From contig NW_018408902.1 in NCBI RefSeq assembly GCF_002113885.1, forward strand, positions 1,292,820-1,356,819: a stretch of DNA of 64,000 nt. The letters run 5' to 3'. Positions 1 through 12,118 of the stretch are shown here, one piece after another. The notes under the pieces are model-generated. The model saw nothing but the letters and a program-made list of their open reading frames with translations, was not told the origin of the DNA and did no database searches. The position numbers and the translations under genes were made by a program. Numbering within the stretch: the stretch's first letter is position 1; the number at the start of each line of letters is the position of its first letter. Source of the DNA: Mizuhopecten yessoensis (Eukaryota).

Positions 1-1570
1 CAGTCCTTTACAGTTAGCTCTACACAATGTTCAGTCACAGATCTGTTGGATGGTAATTTACAATAGTCCTTTACAGTAAGCTATTACCAAGGTTTAGTCA
101 CAGATCTGTTGTATGGTACTATACAACAGTCCCTTACAGTTAGCTCTACACAAGGTTTAGTCACAGATCTGTTGTATGGTACTATACAACAGTCCCTTAC
201 AGTTAGCTCTACACAAGGTTCAGTCACAGATCTGTTGGATGGTACTTTACAATAGTCCTTTACAGTAAGCTCTTACCAAGGTTTAGTCACAGATCTGTTG
301 GATGGTACTATACAATAGTCCCTTACAGTAATCTCTACACAAGGTTCAGTCACACATCTGTTGGATGGTACTTTACAATAGTCACTTACAGTTAGCTCTA
401 TACAAGGTTTATTCACAGATCTGTTGGATGGTACTTTACAATAGTTCCTTACAGTAAGCTCTACACAAGGTTCAATCACAGATCTGTTGGATGGTACTAT
501 GCAATAGTCCCTTACAGTAAGCTCAACACAAGATTCAGTCACAGATCTGTTGGATTGTACTTTACAATAGTCCCTTACAGTTAGCTCTACACAAGGTTTA
601 GTCACAGATCTGTTGGATGGTACTTTACAATAGTCCCTTACAGTAAGCTCAACACAAGATTCAGTCACAGATCTGTTGGATGGTACTTTACAATAGTCCC
701 TTACAGTAAGCTCAACACAAGATTCAGTCACAGATCTGTTGGATGGTACTTTACAATAGTCCCTTACAGTAAGCTCCACACAAGGTTTAGTCACAGATCT
801 GTTGGGTGGTACTATACAATAGTCCCTTACAGTAAGCTCTACACAAGGTTCAGTCACAGAACTGTTGGGTGGTTCTATACAATAGTCCCTTACAGTTAGC
901 TCTACACAAGGTTCAGTCACAGATCTGTTGCATGGTACTATAGAATAGTCCCTTACAGTAAGCTCTACACAAGATTCAGTCAAAGATCTGTTGGATGGTA
1001 CTATACAATAGTCTCTTACAGTTAGCTCTACACAAGATTCAGTCAAAGATCTGTTGGATGGTACTATACAATAGTCTCTTACAGTTAGCTCTATACGCCT
1101 TCACGTCATATCCCCTTCTATGTGCTATGAAAATACAAAACCAGTGTGATGTCTTACAGTTAGCTCTATACGCCTTCACGTCATATCCCCTTCTATGTGC
1201 TATGAAAATCCAAAACCAGTGTGATGTCTTACAGTTAGCTCTATACGCCTTCACGTCATATCCCCTTCTATGTGCTATGAAAATACAAAACCAGCTTACA
1301 GTAAACTCTACACAAGGTTCAGTCACAGAACTGTTGGGTGGTTCTATAGAATAGTCCCCTACAGTAAGCTCTACACAGGGTTCAGTCACAGATCTGTCGG
1401 ATGGTACTATACAATAGTCCCGTACAGTTAGCTCTACACGCCTTCACGGTTTAGTCACAGATCTGTTGGGTGGTTCTTTACAATAGTCCCTTACAGTAAG
1501 CTCCCCCCCAGGTTTAGTCACAGATCTGTTGGGTGGTTCTATAGAATAGTCCCTTACAGTTAGCTCTACA
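1..1570. repeat. Minisatellite, 63-bp unit (cagtcacagatctgttggatggtactatacaatagtcccttacagtaagctctacacaaggtt), ~20 copies, truncated by window start
   Basis: Direct tandem repetition; the ORF 273..1046 shows 21-aa periodicity (63 bp); each unit carries the palindrome acagatctgt. Confidence 0.97.
1078..1294. repeat. Nested 75-bp tandem repeat (x~3) made of array end plus flanking unique sequence
   Basis: cttacagttagctctatacgccttcacgtcatatccccttctatgtgctatgaaaatacaaaaccagtgtgatgt repeated; same sequence forms the array/flank junction at ~1552-1627. Confidence 0.9.
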
Positions 1571-2507
1571 CGCCTTCACGTCATATCACCTTCTATGTGC
1601 TATGAAAATACAAAACCAGTGTGATGTGTCGAGCCAGTATTTTGGCGATCGATTTTCTTCTTTTTTCTCTCTTGTACAGACCAAAGACACTGGGTAATCA
1701 TCATATGTATTAAATATTTCATTTGTCGCTTTTACCAAGGGTTGGTGGGTGAGTGGGTGAAGGTCACAAAACTCGATCTGACACATTATTCTCAGAACAT
1801 ACTAACCAAATATGCATGGATAAACATCACTGAAAGAAAAAAAAGTGATTTCTACTGAGAGATAATGAAATAATGAAAAGACAATAACGCAATAAGGACT
1901 GCAATAATCCACTTTGTTCTATAGACTCCCCAATTAGAAGGCCAAAACAAAACTCTGACAGGCCGACCATAAGTCGCTCCATATGCTCAGACAGTCAATA
2001 GTAACAGGCACTTTTCTAATGTAAACGAACGTATAGCAGAGTTCCATAATTTAGAACCATTATTGAGTACAATACTGGACGTGAAATGGCTCGGAAGTCC
2101 TCCATAGTTTATCTATAGCTTGTGTGATTTCTGGACTTCTGGTCGATGCCTCTGAAATGTATATTTACTGTCTGGCTAGACTACGTATACACACCGGATC
2201 TATGCTCCGTAATTCATGCTCACAGACCGATGGCTTTGTCTCCTACAGTACATCAATGACCCGGGATTATATCATGTTAAACATAGGTATACTACCAGTG
2301 TCTGGGGGTCGTACCGCTTCAGGTCATCATCATACGTTATTGACCACAGAGCCAGACACGAGCTAATTAGGAATAAATATGAATGAAAATGAATGCATTT
2401 GCGAGGTATTGGGGCAGCAGACCAATGTTAGCCTGTTCAATGTCGTCTTTGTAGAAAACGCAGGAGAAAACCCTCCATTCTGTAGAAGGACCCACATTAT
2501 GTATATC

Positions 2508-2622
2508 GGTGGTCGGGTGGTGCAGAGGATAGAGCACTTGCCTTTCATCAAGGCGGCTAGTGTTCGATTTCCCTACCAGCCGTGAAAAGGTATGAGGTCA
2601 CCTGCCCGACCACATAGGTTTT
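2508..2622 (+). mobile_element. tRNA-derived SINE head, 3'-truncated (same family as 23618-23800)
   Basis: A-box-like ggtgcagaggatagagc, B-box-like gttcgattt, then gaaaaggtatgaggtcacctgcccgaccac shared with the copy at 23618. Confidence 0.7.
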
Positions 2623-3078
2623 TGAAAATAGATCTTCTATATTCTATTGCATGTTTATAAAGCCGACTAATATGGGGCCCCTGCAGAATCGATGGTTTTC
2701 TTCCTTGTCTTCTGTTTGGGTGACAGTAAAGAAACGAAAATTGTTCTGCAGCTCACATTCAAACACTTCGGATTTATATTTGTTCCTTTCTCCCTTACAT
2801 TTACTTTCATTTCGGTGATGTCTTCCTAGGCATCCGTCTTCATTAGACCCTGGCGGTTGCTAGGACATTAAACCCAAACCATTTTTGAGGACTAGATAGG
2901 TAGATGATTTCAAGTTACATGATCTTTGAGCTAATGTGCTTTGTGTGTTTATAATATTTTCTATTTTAATTTTTACACAATCCCCTGTTTTAATATACAT
3001 GGTAAAATACTAGGTTGGTAGGGGTTACCCAATTATCTGTCCCCCGAATTATTGACTTTATTATAGTTCATATACATT

Positions 3079-5643
3079 ATACAGACAGGCTCGTAACAAC
3101 CCGTGACTGTATACAGTCAGGCTTGTAACAACCAGTAACTGTATACGGTGAGGCTCGTAACAACCCCTGACTGTATACGGTCAGGCTCGTAACAACCCCT
3201 AACTGTATACAGTCAGGCTCGTAACAACCCGCAACTGTATACAGTCAGGCTCGTAAAAACCCGTAACTGTATACAGACAGGCTCGTAACACCCCGTGACT
3301 GTATACGGTCAGGCTCGTAACACCCCGTGACTGTAAACAGTCAGGCTCGTAACAACCCGTGACTGGATACAGTCAGGCTCGTAACAACCAGTAACCGTAT
3401 ACGGTGAGGCCCGTAACAACCCGTGACTGTATACGGTCAGTCTCGTAACAACCCGTGACTGTATACAGTCGGGCTCGTTACAACCCGTAACTGTATACAG
3501 TCAGGCTCGGAACAACCCGTAACTGTATACAGACAGGCTCGTAACAACCCCTGACTGTATACGGTCAGGCTCGTAACAACCCGCAACTGTATACAGTCAG
3601 GCTCGTAAAAACCCGTAACTGTATACAGACAGGCTCGTAACAACCCGTGACCGTATACGGTCAGGCTCGTAACAACCCGTAACTGTATGCAGTCAGGCTC
3701 GTAACAACCCGTAGCTGTATGAAGTCAAGCTCGTAACAACCCGTGACTGTATACAGTCGGGCTCGTTACAACCCGTAACTGTATACAGTCAGGCTCGGAA
3801 CAACCCGTAACGGTATACAGACAGGCTCGTAACAACCCGTGACTGTAAACAGTCAGGCTCGTAACAACCCGTGACTGTAAACAGTCAGGCTCGTAACAAC
3901 CCGTGACTGTAAACAGTCAGGCTCGTAACAACCCGTGACTGGATACAGTCAGGCTCGTAACAACCAGTAACTGTATACGGTCAGGCTCGTAACAAACCGT
4001 GACTGTATACAGTCAGGCTCGTTACACCCCGTAACTGTATACAGTCAGGCTCGTAAAAACCCGTAACTGTATACAGACAGGCTCGTAACACCCCGTGACT
4101 GTATACGGTCAGGCTCGTAAAAACCCGTAACTGTATACAGACAGGCTCGTAACACCCCGTGACTGTATACGGTCAGGCTCGTAAAAACCCGTAACTGTAT
4201 ACAGACAGGCTCGTAACAACCCGTGACTGTATACAGTCAGGCTCGTAACAACCAGTAACTGTATACGGTGAGGCTCGTAACAACCCGTGACTGTATACGG
4301 TCAGGCTCGTAACAACCCGTAACTGTATACAGTCAGGCTCGTAACAACCCGTAGCTGTATGAAGTCAGGCTCGTAACAACCCGTGACTGTATACAGTCAG
4401 GCTCGTAACAACCCGTAACTGTCTACAGTCAGGCTCGTAACAACCCGTAACTGTATGCAGTCAGGCTCGTAACAACCCGTCACTGTATACAGTCAGGCTC
4501 GTACCAACCCGTAACTGTATACAGACAGGCTCGTAACAACCGGTAACTGTATACAGTCAGGCTCGTAACAACCCGTCACTGTATACAGTCAGGCTCGTAC
4601 CAACCCGTAACTGTATACAGACAGGCTCGTAACAACCCCGAACTGTATACAGTCAGGCTCCTAACAACCCGTAACTGTATACAGTCAGGCTCCTAACAAC
4701 CCGTAACTGTATACAGTCAGGCTCGTAAAAACCTGTAACTGTATACAGTCAGGCTCGTAACAACCCGGAACTGTATACAGTCAGGCTCGTAACAACTCGT
4801 AACTGTATACAGTCAGGCTCGTAACAACCCTTAACTGTATACGGTCAGGCTCGTAACAACCCGTGACTGTATACGGTCAGGCTCGTACCAACCCGTAACT
4901 GTATACAGACAGGCTCGTAACAACCGGTAACTGTATACAGTCAGGCTCGTAACAACCCGGAACTGTATACAGTCAGGCTCGTAACAACTCGTAACTGTAT
5001 ACAGTCAGGCTCGTAACAACCCGTAATTGTATACAGTCAAGCTCTTAACAACCCGTAACTGTATACAGTCAGGCTCCTAACAACCCGTAACTGTATACAG
5101 TCAGGCTCCTAACAACCCGTAACTGTATACAGTCAGGCTCCTAACAACCCGTAACTGTATACAGTCAGGCTCGTTACAACCCTTAACTGTATACGGTCAG
5201 GCTCGTAACAACCCGTAACTGTATACAGCCAGGCTCGTAACAACCCGTAACTGTATACAGTCAGGCTCGGAACAACCCGTAACTGTATACAGTCAGGCTC
5301 GTAAAAACCTGTAACTGTATACAGTCAGGCTCGTAACAACCCGGAACTGTATACAGTCAGGCTCGTAACAACTCGTAACTGTATACAGTCAGGCTCGGAA
5401 CAACCCGTAACTGTATACAGTCAGGCTCGTAACATCCCGTAGCTGTATGAAGTCAGGCTCGTAACAACCCGTAACTGTATACAGTCAGGCTCGTAACAAC
5501 CCGTAATTGTATACAGTCAGGCTCTTAACAACCCGTAACTGTATACAGTCAGGCTCGTAACAACTCGTAACTGTATACAGTCAGGCTCGTAACAACCCGT
5601 CACTGTATACAGTCAGGCTCCTTACAACCCGTAACTGTATACA
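3079..5643. repeat. Minisatellite, 32-bp unit (cgtaactgtatacagtcaggctcgtaacaacc), ~80 copies
   Basis: Direct head-to-tail repetition without spacers; unit contains palindrome actgtatacagt. Confidence 0.98.
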
Positions 5644-6925
5644 AATTGAACATATTTTTTATTTAATATAACTAGATTTAAAACTTTTTTTTTCATTAAT
5701 CTAGACCCATCTATCACTTAATTAATCTCATCCATTATCAGCACAGTTGTATTGTGTAAATTATATTTTTGATTGAGACACTGATCTTAGAAGTAATTTC
5801 CATGGTTTCCCTTCGCATGTTTCGGGACATGCATATATATAGAGCATATTAATACAAATATGACAAGAACGCAATAATATTCAGTATAGAAAGTAAAATT
5901 GAAACTAAAAGAACGTTTTAATTTGACTTGCTATACCGATTCTTATTGCATTTTTGTTATAATTATACCAATTGTGATATTTTTAACATGATCTGTTAGA
6001 TAATAACTTTTCCAAACTATTTTTTTTTTTCACTTAACATATAAACGAGAAATGTCAAATTTCTTGTCCTCGAATGTGGTATCTGCTGACATTTTAAGGA
6101 GTTATCAATATCTTGAACTTGCATCTGTTTGTTCAGACTTTGGCGTCCACGCAAAGCTGAAGTCACGTGACGTCTGTGTCCACAGATGACCTCTTTGGAA
6201 GGCGTATTAAAGTTAAAATACTTCAGCAAGAAAACACTGCAACACTTTCCCCTAGCCCCATGTGTTCGTTAATAGATTTTTGCATCTTTAAAACAAGAGC
6301 TGAGAACAGCGGTTGATTCAAGTTATCGAAATTACCAATCTTTTCCCCTAAAGCAAATCATTAGAATTACGTTTGGTATAATCAAAACGAAAACTTAAAA
6401 CGCCCTAAGACTACATAACATTAATCAATATATAGAGTTTTAACTGTTACTGTAGATTTCAGACTCATGTTAAGACCCTTTGTTTGTAATTAACCTCGTA
6501 CCTACCTAATTTCGTTTCTCACGTTTTTAAGTTTAACTAATCTTCACGAACAAGACTTAATTTAATTTACTCGCAGAGACGCCGAGAATATTGTTTAATT
6601 ATGTATATATTTCTCTGCAAACAATTACGAACAAAACTTTCCGAAATTATACAAACGTAATTTCAAATGTTAATGTTTATTTTTTTATAAAGAGTAAGCA
6701 AACACAAAATGCAAAGTGTTGCAATGACAGAACAGAATAATTAAAGTAATTTTTAATATATGGAAGTGAACACTGAACACTGGCGACATAAAATCTCAGT
6801 TTGGCGACACATAATTTTCATAGCATCCTTAATGTGAGCCATGGGTTTCAATTTGTGGTAATCCAATATGGATTAAAAACGAGGTAATGTCATACCTTTT
6901 TTCTCATTTGGAGATATTATCCAGT

Positions 6926-7752
6926 TACCTCTGGACCTGTCTCTTGATCCACCTATAGACCTGTCTCTTGGTCCACCTCTGGACCTGTCTCTTGGTCAAC
7001 CTCTGGACCTGTCTCTTGATTCACCTCCGGACCTGTCTCTTGATCCACCTCTAGACCTGTCTCTTGGTCCACCACTGGACATGTCTCTTGATCCACCTCC
7101 GGACCTGTCTCTTGATCCACCTCTAGACCTGTCTCTTGATCCACCTCTGGACCTGTCTCTTGGTTTACCTCTGAACCTGTCTCTTGTTCCACTTCTGGAC
7201 CTGTCTCTTGATCCACCTCTGGACCTGTCTCTTGGTCAACCTCTGGACCTGTCTCTTGATCCACCGCTGGACCTGTCTCTTGATCCACCTATAGACCTGT
7301 TTCCTGGTCAACCTCTGGACCTGTGTCTTGGTCAACCTCTGGACCTGTCTCTTGATTCACCTCTGGACCTGTCTCTTGATCCACCTCTAGACCTGTCTCT
7401 TGGTCCACCTCTGGACCTGTCTCTCGATCCCTCTCCGGACCTGTCTCTTGATCCACCTCTGGACCTGTCTCTTGGTCCACCTCTGGACCTGTCTCTTGAT
7501 CCACCTCTGGACCTGTCTCTTGGTTAACCTCTGAACCTGTCTCTTGTTCCACCTCTGGACCTGTCTCTTGATCCACCTCTGGACCTGGCTCTTGGTCCAC
7601 CTTTGGACCTGTCTCTTGATCCACCTCTGGACCTGTCTCTTGATCCACCTCTGGACCTGTTTCTTGTTCCACCTCTGGACCTGTCTCTTGGTCCACCTTT
7701 GGACCTGTCTCATGGTCCACCTCTGGACCTGTCTCTTGGTCCACCTCTGGAC
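6926..7752. repeat. Minisatellite, 24-bp unit (ccacctctggacctgtctcttgat), ~34 copies
   Basis: Direct tandem repetition; generates 8-aa periodic ORFs in several frames. Confidence 0.97.
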
Positions 7753-9430
7753 AACCTACTGGTACTGACTAACTTATTGTCCAACATTCTAAAAGATATA
7801 TTTTGAAGAAAACACATCCAACTTCTTCCTTTCATCTTGTGATCATGCGATGGAATACAATTGAAAAGTTAGTCTTTTTTCCCCAGCAGGGTCCTTCACG
7901 ACCACCAAACATAAGCACAAGCCACCGTTACCTTCTTGAATAAAACTTCGGTAAAAACCGGTAAAATATGTTGGCGGTAAGCCAGGTAACAAATGAAACG
8001 AGGGCAATAAATCGAGGTTTTACTGTAACTTCACATTTTGTACAATGTAAATCAACAAAAGAAATGAAGCCTTTACATAAATTATACACGTTTGCTCTGA
8101 CCCTTTTCCCATATTGGTTCCTAAATTGAATCCGGGAAAAAAAACGAATTTCAACTTTCCTGAATAAATACTCGGTAAGTGAAATGTTTGGATTATATCG
8201 ATTTCCGGATAAACAAGATTATACCGTTTTTAAATGTAGTAAAAGTACACCAATTTGTTCTGTGTGAGATTAAATGGTCTGTGATTATGTTTCAATCCGA
8301 GTTATTTTCTAGTGTGATTGCCCTTGTGGTTGAATCTGTAGAAACGGACGTGTTCCTTACACTTCAATAACAGCTCATTTTCGTTCACCGTTAAAATTTC
8401 CACTTGGTAAGCAATTTACGAAAATCAGCAAAATGCATGGATCGAAGTCAATTCTCACCTTATCTCGCGGGACTTTAACCTTGAGGAAGGTCATTTTGAA
8501 GGACAATTGCATCTGTTGTTCACTGGCTGATCTATATCCTGCCTCCACGCGAGAGAAAACAGAAATCATGCGACAATTGAAGAGCTTTTATTGCTTTGGG
8601 GTTTGGAGAAGTCGTAAATCGGATGCTTTTTCGAAGCTTATCTGGACATAAATGACAAATTACGTGCGTTGCAGTGAGGACCAATCGATATCAGTTCATA
8701 GAACCAAACCATACAACTCTTCAATTACATATATGGAAAACTGTTTATAAGATTAGGTCACATCAGCTAGTTCATTATATATACAAATCTTCCCTTCGTT
8801 GCTGAACTTACATTTTCGGTAGGCAAGGGTTAGGGACTATACCTCTTGAAATCTCTCGTGAATGCGAGATGCAGCCTAGCGCTAGCGATGATACTGAATG
8901 ACATGAATGTCCTCTAACAGTCGTGTAAGGGGACCAGTTTTATAAAACTTCAACAGAGCTTTACATGATATTTTAATCAGTCATTTCTTTTAATATCCAT
9001 CTAGATTTAAACTTCGGCTTAGATGTTCTGGAATTCCAAATAGCCGCCATCTTGGACTTTATGTATCGAGTGCTGCTGCATATTAAACTAAACATAGTAA
9101 TATGTTGTAAATATTACCCTAATATTAATTTTCGGTATTGAAGCGTCTGTGTCGTCAGTGCAAACGCTATTCCTAGCATAACGTCACCTAAATGCTTGCG
9201 TCGTGGCAAGTAGAAGCATCAAAATGACACTGATTCAATAGCGTTCATAGCCTAATATCGGATTGCAGGCCAAATATAAATAGAGTGGCTTAATAGTTTC
9301 TTAAGCCGATGTTTGTTTTAGCCTCGCTCATTTTATCATTGAAGTGTCTCAGTTGGTATTCATAGGCAATATAAATGCCAACTGGACAAAGGCAAATTCA
9401 ATGAACTGCGTTAGCTTTATTTTTGCCATT

Positions 9431-10683
9431 TTTAGCTCACCTGCCCGAAGGTCAAGTGAGCTTATGCCATGGCGCGGCGTCCGTCGTCCGCCAACTTTTC
9501 CTAAAAATCGCTACTAGTCATAAACGACAGAGCAGATTTTGACCAAATTTAATCTGAAGCATCCTTGGGTAAAGGGGAACCAATTTTGTATAAACAAGGG
9601 GTCTGGCCCCGGACGGGCCTGAGGGGCGGGGCCCAATAGGGGAAATATAGCAAATTCTTTAAAATCCTTTTTCTTCTATAGGAATGAAAGGATTTGTTCC
9701 ATATTTGGTCTGAAGCATCCTTGGGTAAAGGGGAACCGATTTTGTATAAACCTGTGGTCTGGCTCCATAGGGGCCTGAGCGGCGGGGCCAATAGGGGAAA
9801 CATAGCAAATTCTTTAAAATCCTTCTTCTTCTGTAGGAATGAAAGGATTTGTTCCATATTTATTCTGACGCATCCTTGGGTGAACGGAAACCAATTTTGT
9901 ATAAACAAGAGTTCTGGCCCCTTAGGGGCCTGATCGGTGCGGCCCAATAGGGGAAACATAGCAAATTCTTTAAAATCCTTCTACTGCTGTAGGAATGAAA
10001 GGATTTGTTCCATATTTAGGCTGAAGCATCCTTGGGTAAAGGGGAACCAATTTTGTATAAAGCGTGGGTCTGGCCCCGGAGGGGCCTGAGGGGCGGGGCC
10101 CAATAGTGGAAATAAAGCAAATGCTTTAAAATCTATCTACTTCTATAGATATGAAAGGATTTGTTCCATATTTGGTCTGAAGCATCATTGGGTAAAGGGG
10201 AACCGATTTTGTATAAACCGTGGGTCTGGCTCTATAGGGGCCTGAGCGGCGGGGCTCAATAGGGGAAACATAGCAAATTATGTAGGAATGAATGGATTTG
10301 TTGCATATTTGGTCTGAAGCACCCTTGGGTGAAGGGGAACCAATTTTGTATAAACCGTGGGCCCGGCCTCCCAGGGACCTGAGGGGCGGGGCCAAAAGGA
10401 GGCAATTGCGCTATATTGATTCTTCTCTGGAACTAAGAGACCATATCGCTACTAACGACTTCTTCTGTAGAATTATGCCATGAGTATCGATCATATTTGG
10501 TAGGAAGCATTAATAGGAGGCAGGGATTCAAAATTGTACAAATAGTGAGGCTGGGCATGAAAAATCTAATACAGACATACTACAAGAATTGGCATTGGGG
10601 TCTGGCATATTCCCTTGAAGAATATTTGGCCATGATTGCTTAGATATCCAGGTGAGCGATTCAGGCCCTCTGGGCCTCTTGTT
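9431..10683 (+). mobile_element. Non-autonomous Helentron-type element (HINE/pearl-like) with ~6 internal ~156-bp tandem repeats
   Basis: 5' tttagctcacctg...gtgagct subterminal IR, cgtc microsatellite, core repeats (ctgaagcatccttgggtaaagggg at ~9554, 9710, 9865, 10021, 10177, 10314), 3' caggtgagcga plus hairpin aggccc-tct-gggcct then cttgtt. Confidence 0.85.
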
Positions 10684-11100
10684 ACAATATTGTAATTGCG
10701 TTAAAATTGAATTAATCAATCGCAATTCAGCGTTTAATAAATGATAGTATATGTATCGTGTATCATTGCTTAATTATAGAAGGGCCACGAACCCTTCCTT
10801 GAAAATGGCTGTTCTATCCATTTAACAAATATACACGCAATAAACATATTTTATTTGCCATTGAATGTCAAAAAGAATACTAAACAGAACGTGACAAATT
10901 CATCACGTAACGCGCTTATAGAAATACTTACAATGAATGCCAACTGAAAGCAATTCCATCTTTAAATGGATGCCATCTGAGTTTGGAAGGGTTATATACT
11001 GGACATGTCATAAGGTGTTGAATATGTAAATCAATGACGTCAACCTATCGTTTGGTATTATTATGTACCCGTTGTTGTTCAATGATACTATATGAAGAAA

Positions 11101-11721
11101 AACAAGAGGCCCAGAGGGCCTGTATCGCTCACCTGGATAATAAAGTAACTATTGGAAATCATTCTTATTACATGAAATCCCTCCTATGTAAACGTTTAAA
11201 CCTTGAATTTCCCTATTGGGCCAAGCAACTCTCAGCACTCAGAGGGGCCCCATCCTTCATTTATACAAAATTTAGTCCACTTATTAACCAAGGATGATCC
11301 TGTCTAAATTAGGGTAAAACCCCTACATCCCTATGGTAGAAGAAGGATTTCAAAGGTTTTAACCTCTATTTCCCCCATTGGGTCATGCAACTCTGTCCCC
11401 TGTGAGGCCGAACCCACAGTTTATACAAAATTAAGTTCCCTTGGCCCAAGCATGCTCCAGGCGAAATTGGGATGAAATCCCTTAATCTCTATGGTAGAAG
11501 AAGGATTTTAAACTATTTCCCCTTTTCGACCACACCCCTCTGCCCCCAGGAGGACCACACCCACCATTTAAACACCATTGAGTGTCCTTGGCCCAAGCAT
11601 GCTCCAGACCAAATTTAGTTGAAATCCACTAAGCTTTAGCGTTTTAAAGAAAAAGTTGACGGACGGACGGACGACGGACGCCGGACGCGGCGCCATGGCA
11701 TAAGCTCACAGGTGAGCTAAA
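11101..11721 (-). mobile_element. Non-autonomous Helentron-type element, reverse orientation, same termini as 9431-10683
   Basis: aacaagaggcccagagggcctgtatcgctcacctgg at left; gacg microsatellite and ccatggcataagctcacaggtgagctaaaa at right. Confidence 0.85.
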
Positions 11722-12118
11722 ATATGTACAGTGGAACCTATACCTAAAGGTCTGGTTTATACATGTACAGGTACCATATTATAAAGGTTCAGTTTACATA
11801 AAAATGTATACAGTAGGACCTAGTTGAAGGTATGCTTTGTATAGGTATCTATATTACACAGGGTTACATAAAAATGTGTACACTTTGACCTATTTGAAGG
11901 TTTGGTTAATACATGTTAATAGACGTCAAAACAATCAATCAATCAATCAATGTATCCATCACAGTTGATATAGGTTTCAGTTTAATGTCCCTCCCTTTCG
12001 CTCTCTATGTTTATAGTTTTCAACAATATTTTGTTTTGAGCGAGGTGTGTACGTATGACCTTCACTTCACAACTAGTATTCATCACTTGACTGTTATAAA
12101 CACTTAACAATAGATTCA

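Noticed and set aside
273-1389. ORFs of 257, 119 and 116 aa with Cys-rich repeats
   Set aside because: Produced by 63- and 75-bp tandem units (multiples of 3); no true start or splice context
3079-5643. 32-bp palindromic repeat as a CRISPR array
   Set aside because: Units are head-to-tail with no unique spacers, no cas genes, eukaryotic context
6953-7806. DQETGPEV-repeat protein
   Set aside because: 24-bp minisatellite open in several frames, interrupted by stops, no non-repetitive coding flank
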